Position numbers and translations under genes: made by a program. From assembly GCF_000014265.1 (NCBI RefSeq), contig NC_008312.1, positions 6,510,001 through 6,542,000 on the forward strand: DNA of 32,000 bases, written 5' to 3'. This stretch comes from Trichodesmium erythraeum IMS101. Lineage in GTDB: Bacteria; Cyanobacteriota; Cyanobacteriia; Cyanobacteriales; Microcoleaceae. Of the stretch, positions 20,078 through 29,467 are shown piece by piece (position 1 is the first letter of the stretch; each line of letters begins with the position of its first letter). A model generated the notes under the pieces. The model worked only from the letters and a program-made list of their open reading frames with translations. It was not told the origin of the DNA and ran no database searches.

Positions 20078-20878
20078 TTATGATAAATCTCTGGCTATTT
20101 CCATATAATTTTTAACAATTTGACTTGTGGGTGAAATATGAGAAATTGGCATACCCTCCTGTTGTGAGCGATAAACTAAAAGGGATTCTGGAATTTTATA
20201 TAGGGGATAAGACATTCTTTTTACTGCCTCCTCAATTTCTTCAAAAATGCTATTTTTTAAGCTTTTGTTTGATTTATGTGATACTTTAGATTTCGTATAA
20301 CGATTAAAAACAACTGTAAATCTATTAATTTTATGTATCGTCATTTCCTGAATGTTCTGACAATAAATTTTGAATTTTTCTAACGCCTCTAGAGAAAAAA
20401 CACTACTATCAATAGGAATAACAGCCTCATCTGCTGCTCGTAAACTATTGAGCATAAATAAGCCTGTGTCTGAGGGCACATCAATTAAAATATAATTATA
20501 ATAGGATTTAATTAGGGTTAATATTCGATTTAAAGTTCCGACTTTATCTTTACCTTGCTGCATTAAAATAGAAGCTGTTGCTAAATTTAACTCAGAGGGA
20601 ACTAAATGAAGATTTTCTATTTGTGTTGCTAAAATTGCCTGAGTAATAGGAACTCCTTGATATTGATTAAATTGATTTAAAATTACATCATAAATAGAGT
20701 TTTCTAAATTATTTTCATCAATTCCTAACCCAGAAGTTGCATTCGCTTGAGGATCAAAATCTACTACTAATATTCGACTTTTTGGATTAATTATAGTTAA
20801 ACATCCAGCAATATTTATGCAAATAGTAGTTTTTCCTGTGCCTCCTTTGAGGTTAGCGAAAGCAATAGTTTTAGCCAT
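20078..20878 (-). CDS. ParA/MinD-family P-loop ATPase (deviant Walker A)
   Basis: From the ATG at 20878: MAKTIAFANLKGGTGKTT (deviant Walker A KGGxxK[ST]), VVDFDPQANAT (ParA switch region), ILIDVPSDTG (Walker B). The ORF-track start at 20920 is TTG. It lies 334 bp upstream of the MCP gene on the same strand. Confidence 0.85.
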   Translation of the reverse strand: MAKTIAFANLKGGTGKTTICINIAGCLTIINPKSRILVVDFDPQANATSGLGIDENNLENSIYDVILNQFNQYQGVPITQAILATQIENLHLVPSELNLATASILMQQGKDKVGTLNRILTLIKSYYNYILIDVPSDTGLFMLNSLRAADEAVIPIDSSVFSLEALEKFKIYCQNIQEMTIHKINRFTVVFNRYTKSKVSHKSNKSLKNSIFEEIEEAVKRMSYPLYKIPESLLVYRSQQEGMPISHISPTSQIVKNYMEIARDLS

Positions 20879-21524
20879 AATTGTTGAATTATGATCTTTA
20901 CTATATATTTTTTTGATCAAAACAATGATTCTACTAAATCTAGTTATTATAAGTTGATTATAGACTCAATAATAATATAGATATCCATAATTAGCTTTTC
21001 TTTCCGATAATTTGAGTAATGATACTATTGCTAGTTTTTCAATCTGAAATACTCCAATTGTTTTTGTTAATATCATTATACATAACAATCTTCTTTTTAC
21101 CTTTTTCCAAGTCTGACCACTTTTGGGAAATAGGGAATAAGCTATAGGTTATAGGTAAAAGTCTCGGAGTTTATTTATAGTTTTCTTAGATCCTTTCGCT
21201 ATAGCGGTTATTATAGCAGTCTTATTTAAGTTGTAAGATTTTTTTTGCTGAGAGTTAAAAGTTAAATACTCAAGAGTTAGGGGCTATAACTTCAAAGTTT
21301 TTCAAGTAAAATTAATGGCTGTAAAATTATCGCAACTAATGAGTAAATTACTATATATAAATTTCTAGATAAGTTAATATGTTGTAACAAAAGTTATTAT
21401 AATGAATTAAATTTACATAAAAAATCAACTAGATATAAAGCTCCAAAATTGATAAGATAGAGGAAGAACTTCGACTACTAAACTTTAGCTTTTGACTTCT
21501 TCATCCTTTCACAAAGCTGTTAAT

Positions 21525-22598
21525 TTAAGCAGTATCATAGCTAGAATGCCTGACACAATTTCGGCCATTTTTTTTAGCAAAATAAAGAGCTTTATCGGCT
21601 TGAGAAATTAATTCGTCTAGATGTGATTTTATAGTCGGAATAGTTGTTGCTACACCTAAACTAATAGTAATATATTTATCAACTTTTGAATCCTCATTAA
21701 CAATTTTTAAACTATTAACTTGCATACGAATACTTTCAGCAATAAACATAGCTCTATGTTTGCCTGTATTGGGTAATACTACCACAAATTCTTCTCCTCC
21801 ATAACGAGCAGCTAAGTCTGTTGTTCTTGTTAAAGGTTTTTTAATTTCTTGAGCTACTTTTCTTAAACAAATATCCCCTTCAGGGTGACCATAAGCATCA
21901 TTAAATAATTTAAAAAAATCAATATCTATCATTATCAAAGAGATGGGCTGAGCGTCGTAGATAGATTTTTTCCAATCTTGTTGTAAGACTGTTTCCCAGC
22001 AATAGCGATTAGGAATACCTGTCAAAGGATCTGTATTTGAGATTTTTAGTAAATGTTCTAGCTGCTCATTTTGTTTCTTAAGTTCATCAGTTCTTATTCT
22101 GACTTCATGAGTTAATTTTTCATTAAAGCTATTTAATTGTTGTTCTCTTTGCTTGAGTTTTTGTACTAAATTAATTCTTTCCAAAGAATAGCGAATAGAA
22201 CGGATTAAGACTTCTGCTGAAATTTCATTTTTCACTAAATAATCCTGCGCTCCTTTTTGAACTACTTCAAGAGAAAAATCCTCATCATTCTTACCAGTTA
22301 AAACAATAATTGGAATATTAGTAGTTATTTCTATCATCTGGGAAATAGTCTCAAATCCTTGACTATCAGGTAGTCCTAAATCAAGTAAAATAACATCAAA
22401 ATTTGTTTGATTAAGTTGCTTAGTTGCTAAAGATAATGTACTACAATGAGTCACAAAAAACTTTAAGGATGATTCAAATTTTAATAACTGCTTAATAATA
22501 AAAGCATCCCCTAGATTATCTTCTACTAATAGGGTATTTAAAGAATCTTTTTGCTTAAGATAATTGTTCCTAAACATAGTTTTATTTTTATTAGACAT
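21525..22598 (-). CDS. Response regulator with GGDEF output (diguanylate cyclase, WspR/PleD-like)
   Basis: 357 aa. REC (LLVEDNLGD, VILLDLGLPDSQG, VLTGKND, DYLVKN), a coiled-coil linker, then a GGDEF domain. The active site RYGGEEF is intact, and an RxxD I-site (RTTD) lies exactly 5 residues upstream, the same spacing as in PleD. Confidence 0.92.
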   Translation of the reverse strand: MSNKNKTMFRNNYLKQKDSLNTLLVEDNLGDAFIIKQLLKFESSLKFFVTHCSTLSLATKQLNQTNFDVILLDLGLPDSQGFETISQMIEITTNIPIIVLTGKNDEDFSLEVVQKGAQDYLVKNEISAEVLIRSIRYSLERINLVQKLKQREQQLNSFNEKLTHEVRIRTDELKKQNEQLEHLLKISNTDPLTGIPNRYCWETVLQQDWKKSIYDAQPISLIMIDIDFFKLFNDAYGHPEGDICLRKVAQEIKKPLTRTTDLAARYGGEEFVVVLPNTGKHRAMFIAESIRMQVNSLKIVNEDSKVDKYITISLGVATTIPTIKSHLDELISQADKALYFAKKNGRNCVRHSSYDTA

Positions 22599-23206
22599 TT
22601 AACAAAATTATATTTTGCTATTTTATTTTTTTTATGTTAGGATAAGGATCTGAGAATTCATCAGGAAAGAAATAAAAATTAGGGGTTAGTGAAAGCACAA
22701 AACATTAGATAGGTAATTAGGCATTCCGCTTCTGTCAAAACTGTCTCCGTCTTTCTAAAAAATAAGTCAAAACTAGTCTAGATATAAGAATTACCTTCAT
22801 GCCATAAAAATGCCTAGAGCCCTTGCTGATTTAGGATTTATACTTTTTTGACCCAAGACCTTTTGTCCATCTATATTTGAGCCTGTTTTCTAGGTCTATT
22901 TTGTTTAAGTTCCACCCAGGGATCACTGTTTCTAAGAATTCAGAGAGGAGGGGATTTTTCATGATCTAGATACAAATTATAAATACTCACGCCTTTTCAC
23001 TATAGTTTTTTTTAATGAGATCTAAAATTAAGAATAGCTTATTTACTAACATCTAAAATGGAAGGCTAATATTCTTACCTGTTTGTATGTATGGATGCTT
23101 TTTATTTCAAACCATTGTCTAAAAGCAGCCTGGTTTTTTATGCAATTCAAATAAAATTTATATTTTTGTTCTCGTTCCTATTAATTATAACTACTCCCTG
23201 CCTATT

Positions 23207-25552
23207 TTAATTCAACTTTTCTATTGATGGCGTTTTGGGATCAATAATTTTTTTACTCTTACCAAATTTGATACCTAAACTCATCTTATGTCCTTCACCC
23301 AGAATGTTTGTTACTAACCCCACACCAAAACTTTCATGCATCACTTTATCCCCGACTTGCCAACTTTTTATTTGATTACTTACCGATTTTTTTCCAACAG
23401 TATTTTTTGTGTTTTTCCTTTGATGCTTTGACGGATAAATTACTTTTTTCATCCCATTAGTATTAATCAAATCTCTTGGTAATTCTCCCAAAAATTGAGA
23501 TGGAACTGTGGCATCTCTTGCTCCCCAAAGCTGTCGTCTTTCAGTTGCATAAGAAAAAAATAATTGTTCTTCGGCTCTAGTAATACCTACATAACAAAGT
23601 CGCCTTTCTTCTTCTAAAGATAAAGGGTCATTTATGCTCCGAAAATGAGGTAATAAACCTTGCTCCAAACCCACTATAAATACTACGGGAAATTCTAAAC
23701 CTTTAGCAGAATGTAAAGTCATTAAAGACACAGCTTCCTGCCCATCTTGAAGGTTATCTAAATTAGAAGCTAAAGAAGCATTTGCTAAAAAACTTCCTAA
23801 AGTTGTATCTTCATTATCTTCTTGAAACTGAGCTACAGCACTACATAATTCTCCTAAATTTGCCAGTCGATTATCTGCATCTTCCGTATCCTGTTTTTTC
23901 AAGTTTTCAATATAACCAGAATTTTCTAAAATTCTCTCAACAATTTCCAGAGCAGTCAAATTTTCTAACTCATCTTGCAAATGTTGAATTACTTCGGCAA
24001 ACTTATTTACAGCTTTTGATGAACGACCTGCCAAAGCATTTACTGAAGCTTGATCATTAATAATTTCCCACAAAGGTATTCCCATCTGGGAACTAGCATT
24101 TAATAAACTATCAATAGTTGCCTTGCCAATACCCCTTCTCGGAGTGTTAATAATTCTGAGTAAACTAACAGTATCAGCAGGATTTGCAATGACTCGTAAA
24201 TAAGCTAAAGCATCCTTAATTTCTTTCCGATCATAAAATCTCAATCCCCCAATTATGACATATTTAATATCATAATGAATCAACTTTTCTTCGAGGGAGC
24301 GTGACTGAGAGTTTGTTCGATAAAGTACAGCGAAGCTTCCTAAATCTAAGTCTGGATATTGGTCTGTAATTTCTGCAATTTTACTACAAATAAATTCTGC
24401 TTCTTCTAACTCATTTTCTGCCTCATAACAATAAATTTCTTCCCCTATGCCCCTGGTTGGTTTGAGAGTTTTGTCAATACGTTGAGTATTATTTTCAATC
24501 AACTTATTTGCCACTGCCAAAATATTTTCCCGTGAGCGATAATTTTCCTCCAACTTAATCATTGTCTGAGTATATTCATCAGCTAAACCATCGCCAAAAT
24601 CATTCTGAAAATCAAGCAAAATTGTATAATCTGCCATGCGGAAAGAATAAATAGATTGGTCTACATCTCCTACCACAAAAATAGAACGATTTTCCCAGTT
24701 TTTAATATATTTAGGGTCTTCACCATTAGTAGCTAAAAATCTAATAAAATTATATTGAGTCCGATTAGTATCTTGATATTCATCTACTAAAATATGATTA
24801 AAACGTTGATACCAATAAGCTAATATTTGCTCATTTTGCCGAAATAATTCTACTGGTATTCTGATTAGGTCGTCAAAATCAAGAGCATTGTTCGCAGCTA
24901 AATTATCTTGATAAATTCCATAAACTTCAGCAATTACCCGTCCCCGATAATCTGGCTCGGCTCTTTGATATTCTAGAGGTGACATTCCTTGGTTTTTAGC
25001 ATTACTAATGGCATATCTCACAGAACGTGGTTCAAATTTTTTATCATCCAAATTTAGCTGTTTAGTGACAATTTGCTTAATTAAACTTTGAGCATCACTT
25101 TCATCAAATATAGAAAAATTTTTATCCCAATGACGTTTTTTTTCATCCTGATATTTGTTAATATCAAACCTCAGAATACGAGCGCAAAGATTATGAAAAG
25201 TTCCCACCCATAAATGTTTAGTGATATTTTTGTAGACTTGCGATCGCAACCTGATTTGTTCTTCTGATGTCAATGCTGAAAATGGTTTGTTATATTTAGC
25301 TTCCGCTTGTTCTTGAGCAAATACTTTTTCAATGCGGTCCTTCATTTCCTGTGCAGCTTTATTTGTAAAGGTAACCGCCAGAATATTTTCTGGATGTACC
25401 CGATGATGACGTATTAGATGGACTACACGATAAGTCAACGCCCTAGTTTTGCCAGACCCAGCACCCGCCACGACCAACATAGGTCCGCAGAAATGTTCTA
25501 CTGCTTGGCGTTGGGATAAATTTAGCTGAGTCAGAAAGTCAGTGCTTGGCAT
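23207..25552 (-). CDS. pcrA: ATP-dependent DNA helicase PcrA/UvrD (SF1A), housekeeping type
   Basis: 781 aa with all SF1 motifs: Q LNLSQRQAV, I AGAGSGKTR, Ia AVTFTNKAAQEM, II LVDEYQDTN, III VVGDVDQSIYSFRMA, IV ENYRSR, V TLHSAKGLEFPVVF, VI CYVGITRAEE. There is also a C-terminal WQVGDKVMHESFGVGLV Tudor-like tail. Confidence 0.95.
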   Translation of the reverse strand: MPSTDFLTQLNLSQRQAVEHFCGPMLVVAGAGSGKTRALTYRVVHLIRHHRVHPENILAVTFTNKAAQEMKDRIEKVFAQEQAEAKYNKPFSALTSEEQIRLRSQVYKNITKHLWVGTFHNLCARILRFDINKYQDEKKRHWDKNFSIFDESDAQSLIKQIVTKQLNLDDKKFEPRSVRYAISNAKNQGMSPLEYQRAEPDYRGRVIAEVYGIYQDNLAANNALDFDDLIRIPVELFRQNEQILAYWYQRFNHILVDEYQDTNRTQYNFIRFLATNGEDPKYIKNWENRSIFVVGDVDQSIYSFRMADYTILLDFQNDFGDGLADEYTQTMIKLEENYRSRENILAVANKLIENNTQRIDKTLKPTRGIGEEIYCYEAENELEEAEFICSKIAEITDQYPDLDLGSFAVLYRTNSQSRSLEEKLIHYDIKYVIIGGLRFYDRKEIKDALAYLRVIANPADTVSLLRIINTPRRGIGKATIDSLLNASSQMGIPLWEIINDQASVNALAGRSSKAVNKFAEVIQHLQDELENLTALEIVERILENSGYIENLKKQDTEDADNRLANLGELCSAVAQFQEDNEDTTLGSFLANASLASNLDNLQDGQEAVSLMTLHSAKGLEFPVVFIVGLEQGLLPHFRSINDPLSLEEERRLCYVGITRAEEQLFFSYATERRQLWGARDATVPSQFLGELPRDLINTNGMKKVIYPSKHQRKNTKNTVGKKSVSNQIKSWQVGDKVMHESFGVGLVTNILGEGHKMSLGIKFGKSKKIIDPKTPSIEKLN

Positions 25553-25679
25553 ATTTGGATTTTATATAAAGCAGATAATATATTGAATTTTATCACCAGA
25601 CTAAAATAAAATAGCAGGTTGAATTTTATTTTACAGCTTGAATTGAAAGCCTAATGCACTATCAATAAGAACAAATGGT

Positions 25680-25700
25680 TTATTGTCTGTTAGACAATAA
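25680..25700. repeat. Perfect inverted repeat TTATTGTCT-gtt-AGACAATAA, about 130 bp upstream of the pcrA start
   Basis: 9-bp arms with a 3-nt spacer, read directly. It is a candidate operator or hairpin; no known box was recognised. Confidence 0.4.
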
Positions 25701-25877
25701 GAAACAACAATGCAATAACCTTAAGTTGGTTGTTCTGGGAACTAAACCAGAGTAAAGCTTTATTGATTAGGACTTAAAGTCTTAGTTGCTAAATAGCTTT
25801 CATAGCTTAAGTTTTTTTGTAGCTGTAGTCAAGCTTTAACCAGAAATGTTAATTTTTATTAATAATTATTTTTTTTT

Positions 25878-25906
25878 TGACTTTTTTCAATCTATGTGAT
25901 ATAATA
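25878..25906 (+). promoter_or_regulatory. Near-consensus sigma-70-type promoter (TTGACT, 17 nt, TGaTATAAT)
   Basis: -35 TTGACT at 25878-25883. The spacer is exactly 17 nt. The extended -10 is TGATATAAT, with TATAAT at 25901-25906. It points toward the helicase gene about 1 kb away. The surrounding DNA is A/T-rich, which raises the chance of such a match occurring at random. Confidence 0.3.
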
Positions 25907-26423
25907 TAATAAGTTTTGTTGACAAGATTAGGTAGAAAAAGAAAACGAAAACCTATCCTTAATTACTTGACCCTCGACTGTATTGTTAATACTACTATTA
26001 GGTATGAATTCCATAATCCACTGATAGTTAGCATCAGTTTGTCATCAAAATTACTCTTATAATTAGAATAAATATGGCTGAGCTCTCAATAAAGTTTAAC
26101 TCCGGCTTCCGTCGTTTTCACAGCTTACCCACAATTAAATTTAAATTTTGCTTTTCTGACTTTTGCTGTTCAGTTAATTCTCATCCCTGAGATTTTCATT
26201 GTGAGGCTTTACATTTGAATAAAAATCAACTTTACTTATTTAAAATAACACATACATAGGGATCTTGTAGCAGTATTAGTAGTGAGGGAAAACTATGTGA
26301 ATAAGTAGCTTGAGTCAAGAGCAGTTTTGTTGTCTGGGTCGTAGATAAATTACAAACTGCGGTCAGTGGTATATGCATGAAACACTGCAGCTAACTCCAA
26401 AGCTGATGCAATTCCCGATCCAT

Positions 26424-26467
26424 GTAAGTTTGTGGTAAGTTTGGGGTAAGTTTGGGAAAGTTTAGTA
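26424..26467 (+). repeat. Four tandem 11-bp units (gtaagtttgtg / gtaagtttggg / gtaagtttggg / aaagtttagta)
   Basis: Read directly from the sequence. The period is about one helical turn (11 bp), and the repeats lie about 450 bp upstream of the helicase start at 26914. They look iteron- or operator-like, but function is unknown. Confidence 0.6.
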
Positions 26468-26913
26468 GAACGGATCCAGATATTGTATATTGGTTGTAGA
26501 AGAGAATATAGAACAACTTGTCCGTAACTGTTGTATCAACAAGCTTTGTATAAACAAACCTTACGGCTTTTTACAACAGAACTTTGAGGAAGTTTCTCCA
26601 GCAATACGATATCAGCATAATATCACTAAACCGTATTTCATCCTTATGCTTGGTCTCAAAGAAGAAAAAAGGCTTATGGGAATTAGATAGCAAAACTCAC
26701 AAGGGGTAACATCTTAATTGCCAGAAAAATGGGCAAAGTATTTTGTTCTTAGCACCTTACTCACCCTACTTCAAAAAGGTTGAAGATAATTTTGTCATTC
26801 TCAAAAAGCAACGGATATATTCTCCACTAAACATATACAATCTCTAAAATAATTTTTGGTTGAAAATAAGTGTTATATGCTACTATAGATTTATGTGACA
26901 GTAATCTAAAACT

Positions 26914-29223
26914 ATGGCATATCATAGCAGAGGTGGAGTAAGAGATGGTGCAGGTAGACCTTCTAAAGCTCCTACTAAAACAATAAGAATTGAAGAAAAT
27001 TTGGCGGATAAAATTAAGAAATTAACGACCAAATTAGAATCTAATTACATTTTAAGTAAGTGGGAGAGTCTAGAAAACTTTCTGCTACATAATCAAACTT
27101 TCCCACAGCAAGATACAAATAATAAACTACCTCCAAAATTATCAAAAGCTTTAGAGGATAAAGCACTAGTAGAAATGCTAGAATTAATTTTTAGTAAATT
27201 TTCTCCTGGTGATTTTATTGACTATTGGTCAGATATTGACCTTACTGAAATAGAACCTATATCAGAAACTCAGTTGGCAGTGTCAAACGTATTACATGAA
27301 GCTACAACAGAGAAAGGATATACAGTAACCACTCCAGAAGTAAACAAAGTTTTGGATGTGACACTAGAAAAGTCAGAAGTTCTTTCAGTAGTTGAGTTTT
27401 CAGACTATAAGAATAGTAATGGAAATTTCTTAACTCAAGAGCAATTTAATATTTTAGAAGCTGTGCGCGATAGAATATCAGTTCCACTCCGCGATCGCAT
27501 CCCTCAAGCTGAGAAAAAAGGATTATTAATTGAAGCATTAGCTGGTACTGGAAAAAGTACAATGTTAGCTGAGATAGCTAAAGTTTTGAAGTCTGAAAAT
27601 CTATCCCCACTAGAATGCAGATTTGTTGTATTTGGTAGGAAAAATAAACAAGATTTAACTGATAAATTATCAGAGATAAAATGGGATAAATCAGTACAAA
27701 CTCTTAACAGTTTAGGCTATGAAATTTTGAGAGATGCACTAGGTAAAGGCCATAAACAATTTAGACTTAATAATGGAAAGTATGAGAAAATAGCTCAGGA
27801 TAAAGGTTATTTAGATTCTTATAATAAATGGGGTGAAAAAATACCAGGTAAATTACCAGTCGAAAATCGTAAGGGAGACTTAGCTATTATATCAAAGGCT
27901 GGTTTTGTAGATTTATTAGATAAAATGAGATTGCATTGTTATTTTCTAGATGAGATTAGTAGCGATGATGTATGGGAGATAGCAAATAAATATGGAATTG
28001 AAATATATAAAAATAGTCTAGGTGAAATAACTGAGGCTGTTTGTGATATTTTAGAGGCTGGTTTAAATGATGGAATTAATAAGTTAAATATAGATTTTTT
28101 AGACCAAATTTGGTTATTGTGGCACGACCAAAATGTATATAAAAATGTGTTTAATAAATGGTCAAATAAACTGAAAGTTATTTCTATAGATGAGTGTCAA
28201 GATACAGATTTGTTGCAGATAGAATTTATTAAATTGCTGCACAAATCATCTAATGATTTTATAATTGCAGTAGGCGATCGCTTCCAAGCAATTTATAGTT
28301 TCAGAGGCTGTTTAACAGATGGAATTGATGTAATTGCCAAAAAATTTAACTGTGATAAAATGCCATTAACTACTAACTGGAGATGTGGCAAAAAACATCT
28401 AAAATTAGTTAGAGATATTTACCCACATATAGATATTAAACCAGCTCCTACAGCTCCAGATGGTGAAATTAGGATTATCAAAGAGAATCACTTTTTAGAT
28501 ATATTTGATAGTGCTGATAGGAGTTTATCATTTTTTGGTGTTTGTAGGAAAAATGCACCCTTACTTATTTTTGCCATTAGACTTTTAACTGCTGGATATC
28601 CTGCCAGAATTAAAGATAGAAATTTAGGGGCAAAATTACTAAATAAAGTCAAGGAAGTTGTGAGAGGTAATTATGATGTTAATACTTTTTTGAGTCAGGT
28701 TGATAATTGGTTTAATTTTCAAGCTAATTCTATTAATAGATTGCCAGAAAAAGTTCAGAACCAAAGGTTAACTGAACTGAGAGATTATAGAGATTGTTTG
28801 GTGGCTTTTTTTGCTAAATTTCAACCTAAAAGTTTGAATGATTGGAAAACAGAAATAGATAAGATTTTTGATGAATCAACTACTACTAAAAAAATTATAG
28901 ATTTATATACTATTCATAGTGGTAAAGGTGGAGAAGGACATTATACATTTATTATTTATCCTGAGAATATGCCTATAGAATTTGAGAAGCAAAGCACAGA
29001 AGAAAGGCAGCAGGAACAACATAACATTTACGTTGCTTTAACCCGCTGCCTGACTCGTGCTAAAGGTGGTATTTTGTGGTTGGTGTTGGAGGGTAAAAAG
29101 GATCCAATAACTTACCCTAAATGGTTACCAGATGAATACCGTCAGCTTTGGAAAGATGATAAAGATGAGGCCTTTGAGACTGATTTAGAAAATTTAGGAG
29201 ATGAGTATGATATTGAGTTTTGA
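26914..29223 (+). CDS. Divergent SF1 UvrD-like helicase with an unassigned ~190-aa N-terminal region
   Basis: 769 aa. Motifs align with the pcrA copy in this same window but are divergent: Q LTQEQFNILEAV, I ALAGTGKST, Ia FVVFGRKNKQDL, II ISIDECQDTD, III AVGDRFQAIYSFRG, IV TNWRCG, V TIHSGKGGEG, VI IYVALTRC. The N-terminus reads MAYHSRGGVRDGAGRPSKAPTKTIRIEENLADKIKKL (Gly/Arg-rich, then an RHH-like strand-helix). No nuclease motif was recognised. Confidence 0.85.
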   Translation: MAYHSRGGVRDGAGRPSKAPTKTIRIEENLADKIKKLTTKLESNYILSKWESLENFLLHNQTFPQQDTNNKLPPKLSKALEDKALVEMLELIFSKFSPGDFIDYWSDIDLTEIEPISETQLAVSNVLHEATTEKGYTVTTPEVNKVLDVTLEKSEVLSVVEFSDYKNSNGNFLTQEQFNILEAVRDRISVPLRDRIPQAEKKGLLIEALAGTGKSTMLAEIAKVLKSENLSPLECRFVVFGRKNKQDLTDKLSEIKWDKSVQTLNSLGYEILRDALGKGHKQFRLNNGKYEKIAQDKGYLDSYNKWGEKIPGKLPVENRKGDLAIISKAGFVDLLDKMRLHCYFLDEISSDDVWEIANKYGIEIYKNSLGEITEAVCDILEAGLNDGINKLNIDFLDQIWLLWHDQNVYKNVFNKWSNKLKVISIDECQDTDLLQIEFIKLLHKSSNDFIIAVGDRFQAIYSFRGCLTDGIDVIAKKFNCDKMPLTTNWRCGKKHLKLVRDIYPHIDIKPAPTAPDGEIRIIKENHFLDIFDSADRSLSFFGVCRKNAPLLIFAIRLLTAGYPARIKDRNLGAKLLNKVKEVVRGNYDVNTFLSQVDNWFNFQANSINRLPEKVQNQRLTELRDYRDCLVAFFAKFQPKSLNDWKTEIDKIFDESTTTKKIIDLYTIHSGKGGEGHYTFIIYPENMPIEFEKQSTEERQQEQHNIYVALTRCLTRAKGGILWLVLEGKKDPITYPKWLPDEYRQLWKDDKDEAFETDLENLGDEYDIEF

Positions 29224-29467
29224 AGTGTTTCGGCTGTCGTAGACATTAAAAGCGGAGCAATTGCAGTCTATATCGCTTCCTATTTCTACTTTGACCAAAA
29301 ATTATATTTGTCTATTTTTAAATCTCTAAATTCATCGAACTTTCAAATGTTATTTAAAGTAAAATTTTTGGCACAAGTATTTATCAACTAATTAATAACA
29401 GTAAAATTACCCTTGCTTATCTAACTTTTGATAGGTAAGATAATACTACTCTTTTGTAATAATTTCC

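Noticed and set aside
26490-26690. 66-aa plus-strand ORF in the leader upstream of the helicase
   Set aside because: It has a TTG start, no motif and lies within a region better explained as non-coding leader. It is retained only as part of the leader finding.
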